A stretch of DNA of 63,028 nucleotides, taken from an uncultured Thermoplasmatales archaeon. Lineage in GTDB: Archaea; Thermoplasmatota; E2; DHVEG-1. The position numbers were made by a program, and so were the translations under genes. This document shows positions 8,989-17,887 of this stretch, one piece after another. Under the pieces are notes generated by a model. That model had not been told where the DNA came from and did not search any database. It saw only the letters and a program-made list of their open reading frames with translations. The stretch spans positions 2,524 through 65,551 of the forward strand of contig CAZQMI010000001.1 in the NCBI GenBank assembly GCA_964594475.1. Reading direction: 5' to 3'. Numbering within the stretch: position 1 is the first letter of the stretch; every line of letters begins with the position of its first letter.

Positions 8989-9605
8989 TATACACTCTTG
9001 TTAAGTTCTTCGAGTCCAGTTGCAAGTATCCATACAGCGTCCGCTTCATCGTCCTTGGAATCATCTATACCTAAGTCTGGAAACTCCTTTTGGGCGGCCT
9101 CTACCATAGCGTCCTTACCTGCATTTCCCTTACCTGTTGCCTTCTTCTTTATTGATCCCACAGAGATACTCAGGTAAGGAATTTCATTTGAATCACAAAA
9201 AGCTAATAGATGACTCTCAAACCCACCGTACACGTGGGCTGCAGCGACACCTTTATGTCTTCTAACCTCTTCATAAAATATCGCTTTTATTTCCCCGGTC
9301 TTCAACAGGTCTTCCAAGGCAGCTTTGAACCGTAAGAAGCGCATACCCATCCCTTGTGTTCGTTTTGTTTTGAAGTTCCAAGTGTCCGTAATAATAGATT
9401 TCCCGTCTTTTACTGCAACACCGCAACTTGTTCCTAAGTCTAATGCTACATAGCGTTCACCAGACTGAGAACTGGGCATGGTGGGATTGTGCTCTTTTTT
9501 ATTCTTCTTGGATTTCTTGGACTTTGTTTTCTTAGACTTCGACTTCTTTGCAGACTTGTTTGTCTGCTTCTTTTTCTTTTTGTTAGACAATGCCTTCCAT
9601 TTCAT
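8988..9605 (-). CDS. RuvC-like Holliday-junction resolvase with a lysine-rich N-terminal tail
   Basis: RYVALDLGTSCGVAV...IFYEEV...DDEADAVWILATG (RNase H-fold acidic residues). ATG 9605 follows a GGAGG; the track start at 9623 is a TTG. The tail reads KKKKKQTNKSAKKSKSKKTKSKKSKKNKK. Confidence 0.75.
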   Translation of the reverse strand: MKWKALSNKKKKKQTNKSAKKSKSKKTKSKKSKKNKKEHNPTMPSSQSGERYVALDLGTSCGVAVKDGKSIITDTWNFKTKRTQGMGMRFLRFKAALEDLLKTGEIKAIFYEEVRRHKGVAAAHVYGGFESHLLAFCDSNEIPYLSISVGSIKKKATGKGNAGKDAMVEAAQKEFPDLGIDDSKDDEADAVWILATGLEELNKSV

Positions 9606-9667
9606 AGTAGTGTAAGCCTCCAAAGAACAAGAACTGCCTCTCCAAATAAAAATGTAGTGTTACAGAT

Positions 9668-11578
9668 TTATGAGATTGAGAGACGAGAAATCCCATCCGT
9701 TTTTGTGCAGGTTAGTATAGAATCAAACTTGTTCTTCATAGCTGACAGATGGCTTATGACAAAAGTTGAATACACGGTTTTGTTATTAAGTTCTTCTAAA
9801 AGCATAGATATGAATCGTTCGCCACCAAAGTCATCTATGTGCGTAGTTACTTCATCAAACCAATCTTGATCAAAACTCCGGTTGGTGCTAACCTTCTGCA
9901 GCGCTTTAAGTATAGCTATATCTATTCGGGTACGCTCGCCACTGCTGTTCCCGTTGTAGATGTCTGAACCGTATTCGTTGATTGCCTTAACCTCAATCTT
10001 CTCACGAACCACACCCGCCCTAACTTTGGTCTGCATGTCGAAGTCTATGCGGATTGAACCGTCCGTTAGTTCACGAGAATAATCGTTAGCAATTTTGTTG
10101 AGCTTCGGTTTTATCTTATTGATAATGTACGATTTCAATCCAGCGGAACCAAATCCCTTTTCCCAAAATTCGAGTAGAGCTTTCCCTTCTTCTATCTTTT
10201 CCAATTCTTTTTCTTGAACAGCCCTTACCTTTTGATGTTTCGTAATCTTTTTCTTGAGATCATCTATTACTTCCTGGTAAACCAGCTTCGCCTTACTTGC
10301 CTTTTTGATCTCTTTATCTATATTCTTAATCTCATTGGTGACTACCTTAATGTCTGATTTGGTATCATTGATGTCATCCTTGAGTGACTCTATCTTTTTT
10401 GTTATCTTTCCTTCAGCTTCCTCAGACTCTTGTTCCAACTCCGAATACTTCTTGCCTATCTTCTCTTCATTACGCACCAACTCTTCCCGGGGTTCCTTGA
10501 TGGCAATAATATTTTGCTTGTTATCGTACTTGGAGTTTTCTATATGTTCTTTTGCGTCGTCAATCGTATCCTCAGTTACTTTACTTCCGCAAGTAGGACA
10601 CCTACTTCCTATGAGTTTTTCTGAAGAGGACAACAGTTTGTTAAGTCTCTCAATCTCGTTTTCTGAAGATCTGATACTGAGATCTAATTCTTCCTTAGCC
10701 TTCTGGTTAGTATCAAGTTCCCTCTCTATGTCAGTCATCTTGTCAGAATACGATTCTTGAATTTCTGCCAGCTCCTCTTCTTTCTTCTTTTTCTTCTTGG
10801 TAAAGTCCTCCTTTTTGTTCTCCAGTTCTTCCAGTTTCTCTTCCTTTTGGTGCTTACTATCTTCCAGTTCTTGTAGATTGGATTGCGCCTCTTCTTTTTC
10901 TTCTTTTAGTTTCTCCTCTTTGTTCTTAATATCGTCTTCCAATTCTTCTATACTACCATCTATAGACTCTATCTTATATTCCAATTGGTCTATAGAAGAA
11001 CTTAAATCCTTGAGTCTGGTCTTTACTTCCTTATAACACTTCTCCAATATCTCCAGACCCAATATCTTATTAACTATTTCATTACGGTCTTTCTCTCTTG
11101 CAGAAGCAAAAGCTACAACCTTGTCGACCGCAAATATATTGGTGTTCAAAAAAGCATCATAACTGGTGTTGAGGAGAGAATTGATATCCTTTTGAGTCTC
11201 CCTCTTACTACGCTTAGAGACGTCTGGTTCGTTGTCTATATAAAGGGAAACACCTTCTTTACTTCTGTGTATCTTATACTGATGATCTCCATCCTTTACG
11301 TAAACAGTGGCATGGTAATCCTTACACTTCTTCAACTTCCCTTTTCTGCGTTCATTGCGTATAAAATCTCTTTTGGAGTCTCCATACCGTATGGTTCTCC
11401 CGAAGAGGCCCCACAGTATTATTTCCAAGAGGTTGGTCTTACCGGCTCCGTTACTGGAAGATCCACTTTTGTCTTCATTGACTCCTATAATAAGATTCAG
11501 ACCGGGCAGTTTTTCTAAATCGACATCCAAGTGTTCGTAAGTAAGTATGTTCTTTGATTCTACTCTGGAAATAATCAT
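9668..11578 (-). CDS. SbcC/Rad50-like ATPase (T4 gp46-like)
   Basis: Walker A SSSNGAGKTNLLE, a long coiled coil, the zinc hook CPTCGS, and the ABC signature NSSGERTRIDIAIL. Confidence 0.9.
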   Translation of the reverse strand: MIISRVESKNILTYEHLDVDLEKLPGLNLIIGVNEDKSGSSSNGAGKTNLLEIILWGLFGRTIRYGDSKRDFIRNERRKGKLKKCKDYHATVYVKDGDHQYKIHRSKEGVSLYIDNEPDVSKRSKRETQKDINSLLNTSYDAFLNTNIFAVDKVVAFASAREKDRNEIVNKILGLEILEKCYKEVKTRLKDLSSSIDQLEYKIESIDGSIEELEDDIKNKEEKLKEEKEEAQSNLQELEDSKHQKEEKLEELENKKEDFTKKKKKKEEELAEIQESYSDKMTDIERELDTNQKAKEELDLSIRSSENEIERLNKLLSSSEKLIGSRCPTCGSKVTEDTIDDAKEHIENSKYDNKQNIIAIKEPREELVRNEEKIGKKYSELEQESEEAEGKITKKIESLKDDINDTKSDIKVVTNEIKNIDKEIKKASKAKLVYQEVIDDLKKKITKHQKVRAVQEKELEKIEEGKALLEFWEKGFGSAGLKSYIINKIKPKLNKIANDYSRELTDGSIRIDFDMQTKVRAGVVREKIEVKAINEYGSDIYNGNSSGERTRIDIAILKALQKVSTNRSFDQDWFDEVTTHIDDFGGERFISMLLEELNNKTVYSTFVISHLSAMKNKFDSILTCTKTDGISRLSIS

Positions 11579-11580
11579 TA

Positions 11581-12663
11581 TTAGCTCACCGAATCAATTA
11601 TCTCTTGACCTAAGTTTATTAGTTGATTAGACTCGTCTTCCTCAAAATCAAAACTTTTAACGTAAGGAGCAATGTTATCCTTCATCGAGTTAGAAGTGGA
11701 AATAGATAGGGAAGACTCCTCCTTATCTTCTTCTACCTCTTCAGGATCTTCGGGGGTTAGAACTCTAACGTTACGACCTAATTCCTGATCCTTGAGTTTA
11801 TCTGCTTCCTTTTTGTCATCTGGTTGTATCTTTATGAAATCCCTTTTCTTGCTAACTTCATCTAATTCATCAAATTCTTTTGGGGTCAACAACCTGAACT
11901 TAGGACCGTCTACTTCTATAACCGAATAAGAACCGTCTTCAGAATCCACTTCAAAAAAGACTTTTTCATCTTCTCTCTCATCCCAATTAGTCTGCAGAGG
12001 GCTACCAATATAGTAAACGTTATCTGCTACCTGTTGTGGCTTATGGTAGTGACCAAGCAGGCATAGATCATACTTGTCTGGTCTTAACTTACTGCTATTA
12101 ATGGGAGATTTTATTCTACGCTCCGAAACACCAATCAGAGCATCGGACAAACCAACGTGGGCTAAGAGAAGTTTGTATCCGCTAACGTCATTAACCTTAC
12201 GTTTCATCACGTTGAGGCTATTCACCAACTTCAGTCTGTTCTCAGTGAATGGTATGCAAAAGATATCCAGACCAGTACCATCTCCGTCTTCGCCAAGGGA
12301 AATGTGTTCTGGTTTATCTATTATGCGAGCAAACGACTCAAAAGGTCTGAGACTATGATACTTAGCACTGCGTATAGCATAGTCATGATTACCGAGTATC
12401 AGTATAACTTCAATTCCGTCTTTGTGAAACTTATAGAGCTCAGAAGAAACACCGTCGAGTACATCTATAGAAATTTTGTCTTGGCTCTCGTATATATCTC
12501 CAGCAATAATAAATGTAGAAGCACCTACAGAGAGACAATGTTCTCTCATAGAAGAAATTGCACTAAGTATAGCCTCTAATCTATTACTACGTCCGGACTC
12601 TGTAATATAAGAGAACTGATTGAAGTCATGAGCGTGTATATCCGCAGTTATTACAGCTTTCAT
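11581..12663 (-). CDS. SbcD/Mre11-like nuclease (T4 gp47-like)
   Basis: Calcineurin-type phosphoesterase motifs: ITADIHAHD, IIAGDIYE, ILGNHD, LAHVG, LLGHYH. I prefer ATG 12663, just after the FEN stop, over the track start at 12708. Confidence 0.9.
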   Translation of the reverse strand: MKAVITADIHAHDFNQFSYITESGRSNRLEAILSAISSMREHCLSVGASTFIIAGDIYESQDKISIDVLDGVSSELYKFHKDGIEVILILGNHDYAIRSAKYHSLRPFESFARIIDKPEHISLGEDGDGTGLDIFCIPFTENRLKLVNSLNVMKRKVNDVSGYKLLLAHVGLSDALIGVSERRIKSPINSSKLRPDKYDLCLLGHYHKPQQVADNVYYIGSPLQTNWDEREDEKVFFEVDSEDGSYSVIEVDGPKFRLLTPKEFDELDEVSKKRDFIKIQPDDKKEADKLKDQELGRNVRVLTPEDPEEVEEDKEESSLSISTSNSMKDNIAPYVKSFDFEEDESNQLINLGQEIIDSVS

Positions 12664-12665
12664 TT

Positions 12666-13610
12666 CTAAGGAGAACTCCTTGCAAGATGTTGAAAGGGTC
12701 TTATCCAAGAACCGATTTCAGTTATTATAGAAAAGAATTCCCACCGCTTACAAATGTTCACAAAGGCATCTTTATCGAGTTCCGCATCTATACTGTCCAC
12801 TGCGTTATACACAGCGTTAACTGTTTCGATATTGGACATTATGCCTTTCAAATCCATGACTTCCCAAAATAAGTTTAACGTATCACGCTGTGTTACAATC
12901 TTTTTACAAACAGCCTTGTTGCTCGACTTGACACGCTCAACTAAAGCATCTATGGAAGCTATCCCGTCCACTAAACCACTTGCTGTTTTAGCGCCACATC
13001 CTTTTATTCCGGGTATGTTATCTGAACTGTCTCCCTTGAGGGTTCTATAAAGTAACCAAGACTCCAACGAGATTCCATCTTCCAATTTCTCTATCGTCTT
13101 CGTAATGGACTCAAAGTTGTCCGTGTTGACTACTGTCTCTCTCTGGGTAAGATAAACTTCTACGTTATCATCAACCAGCTGCAAAAAGTCTTTATCATTA
13201 GATGCTATAGTAACCTTGTGGTCCTTCTTATAAGCATGAGACAACACAGCTACGCAGTCATCTGACTCTACTCCGTCGCCAACTACTACAGGAATGCCTA
13301 AAACGTAGAGACCATCATAGAGTTCAGTCATTTGTCTATTAAACTCTTTACGGTTCAACTTATCTTCCTCAGTCATCTCCGCTTCTCTATGCTTCTTGTA
13401 CTCTGGGTATAGGCGTCTTCGGCGTGCACTTTTTGTCTTATCGAAACAGACAAATAGCAGGTCAGGCTTAAACTTATCTACGAGTGCCTTAACGGATCTC
13501 AACGTACCATATATAGCACCGGTGCCCAATCCCGCACGGGTAGATAAGTTTACCATGTAGTAGGAGGACCAAGCAACACCTTGGCCTTCAATAATTAGGC
13601 ATCTCTTCAT
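12666..13610 (-). CDS. 5'-3' exonuclease / flap endonuclease (PIN + H3TH; T4 RNase H / PolA N-domain type)
   Basis: FVCFDKTKSARRRRLYPEYKKHR, IASNDKDFLQLV, LKGDSSDNIPGIKGCGAKTA. Confidence 0.9.
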   Translation of the reverse strand: MKRCLIIEGQGVAWSSYYMVNLSTRAGLGTGAIYGTLRSVKALVDKFKPDLLFVCFDKTKSARRRRLYPEYKKHREAEMTEEDKLNRKEFNRQMTELYDGLYVLGIPVVVGDGVESDDCVAVLSHAYKKDHKVTIASNDKDFLQLVDDNVEVYLTQRETVVNTDNFESITKTIEKLEDGISLESWLLYRTLKGDSSDNIPGIKGCGAKTASGLVDGIASIDALVERVKSSNKAVCKKIVTQRDTLNLFWEVMDLKGIMSNIETVNAVYNAVDSIDAELDKDAFVNICKRWEFFSIITEIGSWIRPFQHLARSSP

Positions 13611-14083
13611 GCTAATATATCCGGAACACTTTCATCGAACCAGTGATAAGGACCTTCGTTACCTGCTATCTGGAGACAATCAACAAAGTCTTCCACATCA
13701 TGTTTAGTAGTCTTTCTGTAGTGCTTAGAGTCGGGATCACAACCTTCCGGATGTATGTGGGATAGTTCATGATACAATAGCATCTTGATCCCTTTTAACT
13801 CTGAATCATCAAAGGCTTCTTCAGCCTCCAACCGGTCGTAGTTTACCTCAATAATATAGCAAAGGTCCCCCAATAGCGCACTGTATGGAGATCTGACGGG
13901 ACGGCACTTACCCATCATGCGATTATTGGCTTTACCGAATACACTTATAACAGTAAAGTTTTCAGACGTAATCTCCCCAAACTTCTCAGGGTACTTTTCG
14001 ATGATTTTTACGGCCAGTTCATACAACTCAGTATTAACTTCCGGTGGATTCTTTTTCTTCTTTTTCTTCGTATCGTCTGACAT
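13607..14083 (-). CDS. Putative phage metallopeptidase (HExxH)
   Basis: MLLYHELSHIHPEG...TKHDVEDF. N-terminus MSDDTKKKKKKNPP. Confidence 0.5.
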   Translation of the reverse strand: MSDDTKKKKKKNPPEVNTELYELAVKIIEKYPEKFGEITSENFTVISVFGKANNRMMGKCRPVRSPYSALLGDLCYIIEVNYDRLEAEEAFDDSELKGIKMLLYHELSHIHPEGCDPDSKHYRKTTKHDVEDFVDCLQIAGNEGPYHWFDESVPDILA

Positions 14084-14325
14084 TATTCTTGTCCTTTCCG
14101 AGCCTGTTCAACGGGAGAGTTCAAGGCGCTCTCAAACTTGTCTACCACGTTTTCCCAACGTCTGAGAGACATCCTTATGGTAAAGAACTGAGTAATCAGC
14201 TTATTGATAAGAAGACACAGACCCAAAATACCTGCCATAGAGGCCCACGCAGTACCAAAGAAATAAGCTACTACTCCAACAATTATAAACACAATAATAA
14301 ATAAGGGGTCAACTTTCATGATCAA
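14083..14325 (-). CDS. Small membrane protein
   Basis: Two hydrophobic helices: LFIIVFIIVGVVAYFFG and MAGILGLCLLINKLI. Confidence 0.4.
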   Translation of the reverse strand: MIMKVDPLFIIVFIIVGVVAYFFGTAWASMAGILGLCLLINKLITQFFTIRMSLRRWENVVDKFESALNSPVEQARKGQE

Positions 14326-14512
14326 CTCCTAACTGGTTACTATTCTCCTCAAAAACCTCAAGTATAGCCTTCTTCTTGGACTCTTTCTTGTTCATGATGC
14401 CTCTAACCAGTGTCTTTACATACTTACCCTTTTCCCCAGAGAACTTGGATGATAACAACTTAAGGACTTTTTCACCCTTCATGAGTGTTCTCCTGATTCT
14501 ACCTGGTTCCAT
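14309..14512 (-). CDS. Hypothetical protein
   Basis: 67-aa ORF that fits the operon packing. No motif recognised. Confidence 0.3.
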   Translation of the reverse strand: MEPGRIRRTLMKGEKVLKLLSSKFSGEKGKYVKTLVRGIMNKKESKKKAILEVFEENSNQLGVDHES

Positions 14513-14712
14513 TTAGAAGGGCTAATTAATACAGTGGCAGTATTGCCGTCCTCCAGATCCGCTAATACATCAGTTATTGAAGTGTTACCCGCTCCTAGGT
14601 CAATCAACCTGTCTCTTAGGGCTCGCTCTGTTTTGCACCTCTTTGGATCCAAGACGCCTCTAAAATCCGATATTTGGTAAGACACTCGTTTGGTAACTTT
14701 GACTTCAAACAT
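14479..14712 (-). CDS. Hypothetical protein
   Basis: 77-aa ORF. Its start abuts the stop of the RecA-like gene. Confidence 0.3.
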   Translation of the reverse strand: MFEVKVTKRVSYQISDFRGVLDPKRCKTERALRDRLIDLGAGNTSITDVLADLEDGNTATVLISPSKWNQVESGEHS

Positions 14713-16139
14713 TAATCATCCTCCTCTGACTCTTCACGTGCCGATTCTTCTTCATCCGACCTAAAGAAGGCTTCTTCAATTTCGTCCGCATGCCTCTTAT
14801 AATATTCCGGCCAGGTCTCCTCTGTAAAATAATCGTCTTCGATACCAATTATTCTACGTCCATTGTTACCAGCAGATTCCGTCATGTTCTTTTCCTTCAG
14901 GTAAAGTAGAGCACTACGTTCAGCACTTATACCAGCTTCATCGAACATGATGGGAAATCGGGCTCTTTGGAAAGGTGGAACCCCAAAAATTTTGTTCTTG
15001 ACTGTCTCCGCTTCTATAAGAATGCCATCCACCTTTTGTTTAGCCCGCTTTGCTGCTGCTTTAGTTTTGGATTTTTTCTCTATATCCTTTCCTTTTTTAA
15101 GTTTTACTTTACCAACCTTCTTCAAAGAAATACGTATGGTAGAGTAAAAGCGTATGGCCTTCCCACCAAAGGTCTCATAGTCTTCTGAACCTCGAGCGTT
15201 TTGTTCATTGACTTTAGAGCGCAGCTGGTTCAACAATGCAATAGATACTCCAGTGTCTGCTATCTTCCTTCTGATCTTTCGTAGAGCACGGGATATGATT
15301 ATAGCCTGTTTAGAATACTGTTGCTGTCCTACATCTGCTTTCTGTTCCACATCCGTAGTAGTTGCTGCTACACTATCCCAACCGAATATCACAGGACGTT
15401 CAGGGTCTTCCTTTTTGATAACGTCCACCATAGTCTCTATCTCAGTAAATATGTCTTCAACAGTATCCGCAGGAGAATAGAGTATGTCATCGAGAGGGTC
15501 TGGGTGATCAGGATTCTCTTCTCTTTTTAACAGCCAATCATCCAGAGAGGAAGCCACATCCTTATAAAGATCAGTCTGTTCTATCAGTTTTTGTCTGAGC
15601 CTATGCTTCTCTAAAGCTGTCTCTGGTTCGAACATGACTGCAATACCATTTTTACGTAGACAGTCCACTATAAGTTCTTCAAGTATGGCTGTCTTTCCAC
15701 TACCTTCCCACCCAAAGATCTCAATAATCCTCCCCTTGGGCGCTCCCTTGGATGCCCCTCCTCCACAAATCTTATCCAACCAGGGAATACCAAACGAAAA
15801 GAAACCTTTAATATTAGAATAAACTTCAGAGGACAGAGCATATATTGCGGACGCACTCTTCTGCTTCTTATTAACCTCGGAGACCATCTTGCTCTTCAGT
15901 TTATCCTGCGTGTTTTGGGACTTCTTTTTCTTGCCCGTGCTTCCCTTCTTACGTTTCTTATTCACGGGCTTCTTGTTAGGTTTATCTTCTGTGGTCTTCT
16001 TAGTGGGTCTATTGGAATCATCGGAGGTAGTCAACCCAGACTCAGCCAAGTTCTTAGCTGCTATCTTTTTCGAAGAAGACTTCTTCCGTGATTTGTTGTT
16101 TGGTCCAGATTGTCCTCGTTTAGACATACTCTTAGCCAT
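14712..16139 (-). CDS. RecA/UvsX-like recombinase with a ~100-aa lysine-rich N-terminal extension
   Basis: GRIIEIFGWEGSGKTAILEE (Walker A), IFGWDSVAATTT (Walker B), and QAIIISRALRKIRRKIADTGVSIALLNQLRSKV, which is RecA-like (compare QARLMSQALRKL..INQIR). Confidence 0.85.
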   Translation of the reverse strand: MAKSMSKRGQSGPNNKSRKKSSSKKIAAKNLAESGLTTSDDSNRPTKKTTEDKPNKKPVNKKRKKGSTGKKKKSQNTQDKLKSKMVSEVNKKQKSASAIYALSSEVYSNIKGFFSFGIPWLDKICGGGASKGAPKGRIIEIFGWEGSGKTAILEELIVDCLRKNGIAVMFEPETALEKHRLRQKLIEQTDLYKDVASSLDDWLLKREENPDHPDPLDDILYSPADTVEDIFTEIETMVDVIKKEDPERPVIFGWDSVAATTTDVEQKADVGQQQYSKQAIIISRALRKIRRKIADTGVSIALLNQLRSKVNEQNARGSEDYETFGGKAIRFYSTIRISLKKVGKVKLKKGKDIEKKSKTKAAAKRAKQKVDGILIEAETVKNKIFGVPPFQRARFPIMFDEAGISAERSALLYLKEKNMTESAGNNGRRIIGIEDDYFTEETWPEYYKRHADEIEEAFFRSDEEESAREESEEDD

Positions 16140-16407
16140 CGGTGTCCTCCATATCGTCCAACCGGTTCAATAGATCTTCAGCATACTGATCTATGTGGTC
16201 ATGATCTGTGACTTCACTTAGCTCCGAAAGGCACTCCAGGCATTCTCTCATCCACATCTTCTCTATAGACTTTTGAAGTTCTTCAAAGACTTCTTCCTCA
16301 TTATCCTCATCAGAAAGTTCAGCCTCCAATAATACTTTGGGCTTCAAAAAATGCTGTCCGATGTTTAGAGAGATACCCCTCTGGAGCTGGATAGTTTTTA
16401 TTTTCAT
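16132..16407 (-). CDS. Acidic hypothetical protein
   Basis: 91-aa ORF. Its stop overlaps the recombinase start (ATGGCTAA). Confidence 0.4.
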   Translation of the reverse strand: MKIKTIQLQRGISLNIGQHFLKPKVLLEAELSDEDNEEEVFEELQKSIEKMWMRECLECLSELSEVTDHDHIDQYAEDLLNRLDDMEDTDG

Positions 16408-16417
16408 TATTGCCTCA

Positions 16418-16460
16418 CGATAAATAACCCAGAGTGACTGTTAGTGACACCCTGGGTTAT
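16418..16460 (-). terminator. Hairpin plus U-rich tract after the SSB gene
   Basis: ATAACCCAG (16424..16432) pairs with CTGGGTTAT (16452..16460). On the minus strand it is followed by TTATTTAT. Confidence 0.55.
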
Positions 16461-16474
16461 GTTAAATTGCCAGA

Positions 16475-17263
16475 TTACTTCTTGTTGAGTTTGCTTCTGA
16501 TTCGACTCTTGAGGTCACCTTTCTTACCAGACTTTCCTTTGGAAGTGGAAGACTTCTTGGTTTTCTTCTCTTCTTCTTCCTGGTTGTCCTCTTCCTCTTC
16601 GTCTTCCTGGTCATCCGGATCCTCTTCACCTTCCAGAGCAGCCTTCAGTTCTTCATAAGTAACCGCATCTACAAAACTCTCGAGGTCAGGTGCCTGACCA
16701 AGGAAGTCCTCTACTTCCTTCTCTTCCGCATCCGGGAGAAGAGGGGATTGTTTCGGCCTGGGTGAAGCATCATATTCGGAAGACTTGCCCGAACCTTCTC
16801 GCTCAAACTTGTAGTCCCGACCTTCAAAGGGATCCAGGATATCTTCGTAGTCTTCGTCAAGGAAATCCCGGGTAAGCACGTCGATGATGGCTTTAGGGGA
16901 GCGATACGGACGAATGGTGGGCTTAGAATCTGAACGGTCAACAAGAAGAATAATCCACTTTCTTCCTGCGCTGAGGTCCTTGGCCAGCTCTTTGTCTTCC
17001 TTCTCACTGGAGTCACGGAGTTCTTCCACGGTCTCACAGACGGGGCATGCTTCTCCGTTGGTAATCTTAGGGCACGTATAGTACCGGTCGTTAAGGTAAT
17101 GCTGACCTACTTCTTTGAAGAAAAAGTCTTCAGGATCTTTGGAGGGGAGCACACGAACAATCTTGGATTCACCATCTTTGATTTTGAACCAGTTGCCTCC
17201 GCTCTTCAACTTTTCACGGTACTTCTTTAATTTTGCCAGAACTTTCTTGTTGGGTTTACTCAT
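16475..17263 (-). CDS. T4 gp32-like single-stranded DNA-binding protein
   Basis: KIVRVLPSK (compare gp32 VIRFLPSK), the zinc site YYTCPKITNGEACPVCE, and an acidic DPDDQEDEEEEDNQEEEE segment followed by a basic tail. Confidence 0.8.
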   Translation of the reverse strand: MSKPNKKVLAKLKKYREKLKSGGNWFKIKDGESKIVRVLPSKDPEDFFFKEVGQHYLNDRYYTCPKITNGEACPVCETVEELRDSSEKEDKELAKDLSAGRKWIILLVDRSDSKPTIRPYRSPKAIIDVLTRDFLDEDYEDILDPFEGRDYKFEREGSGKSSEYDASPRPKQSPLLPDAEEKEVEDFLGQAPDLESFVDAVTYEELKAALEGEEDPDDQEDEEEEDNQEEEEKKTKKSSTSKGKSGKKGDLKSRIRSKLNKK

Positions 17264-17317
17264 GATTAAGTCTCCATAAATTTTGCCTGTTAGCGTCGGT
17301 TTTGGATATCTTTTGAG

Positions 17318-17848
17318 CTATGTTTGCTCCCAATCCTTGCGCTTGTTGGCGTTTATTGACATTAACATCGCACGTCTCTGTTCCATTGCTGCCTTAGCAG
17401 CAAACAATAATCCCACCTGTGCTTTTGCTTCTCGGTACCGCTCTTCAGCGTCGAGCACATCCTCTTCTAAGGACACAGCATTGTTCAACGCTTTCTCAGT
17501 ACCCTTGCCACCATACTTCTTGTCGTATTCACCTCCTTTCAATCTAAAATATACAGATGCCCTAATGTTCTCCAACTCCTGTTCCAATCTATCTTTCTTA
17601 GCCATAGCCAACTCACAACATGTAGCTATGAAGCCAAAGTTTACTGACTGGGTTTGCATAGCTTCCAGCAAATTGTTTTCATCAATCTTCAACTGTTGAG
17701 TTAGATCTATCTCGAATTCCTTGTCTTTCAAACTAACTGATAGTTTGGTAAATTCCGCAGCTTTGGAGTCACCGGACACTCCGATTAGTCCTTGGTCCTT
17801 ACCAATTGATGATTTATTTTTAAGTCTTCTGAACGTTGTCTTTGCCAT
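17318..17848 (-). CDS. UvsY-like recombination mediator candidate
   Basis: Position next to the gp32-like gene, similar size and helical pattern (KKDRLEQELENIRASVYFRLKGG...EERYREAKAQVGLLFAAKAAMEQRRAML). The resemblance to T4 UvsY is loose. Confidence 0.4.
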   Translation of the reverse strand: MAKTTFRRLKNKSSIGKDQGLIGVSGDSKAAEFTKLSVSLKDKEFEIDLTQQLKIDENNLLEAMQTQSVNFGFIATCCELAMAKKDRLEQELENIRASVYFRLKGGEYDKKYGGKGTEKALNNAVSLEEDVLDAEERYREAKAQVGLLFAAKAAMEQRRAMLMSINANKRKDWEQT

Positions 17849-17887
17849 AAATCCTCCAAACTAAGAGAACCCCATCCCTAATAATTT

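Noticed and set aside
16711-17037. 108-aa alternative-frame ORF inside the gp32-like gene
   Set aside because: It is nested in a gene with clear gp32 motifs and has no independent signal.
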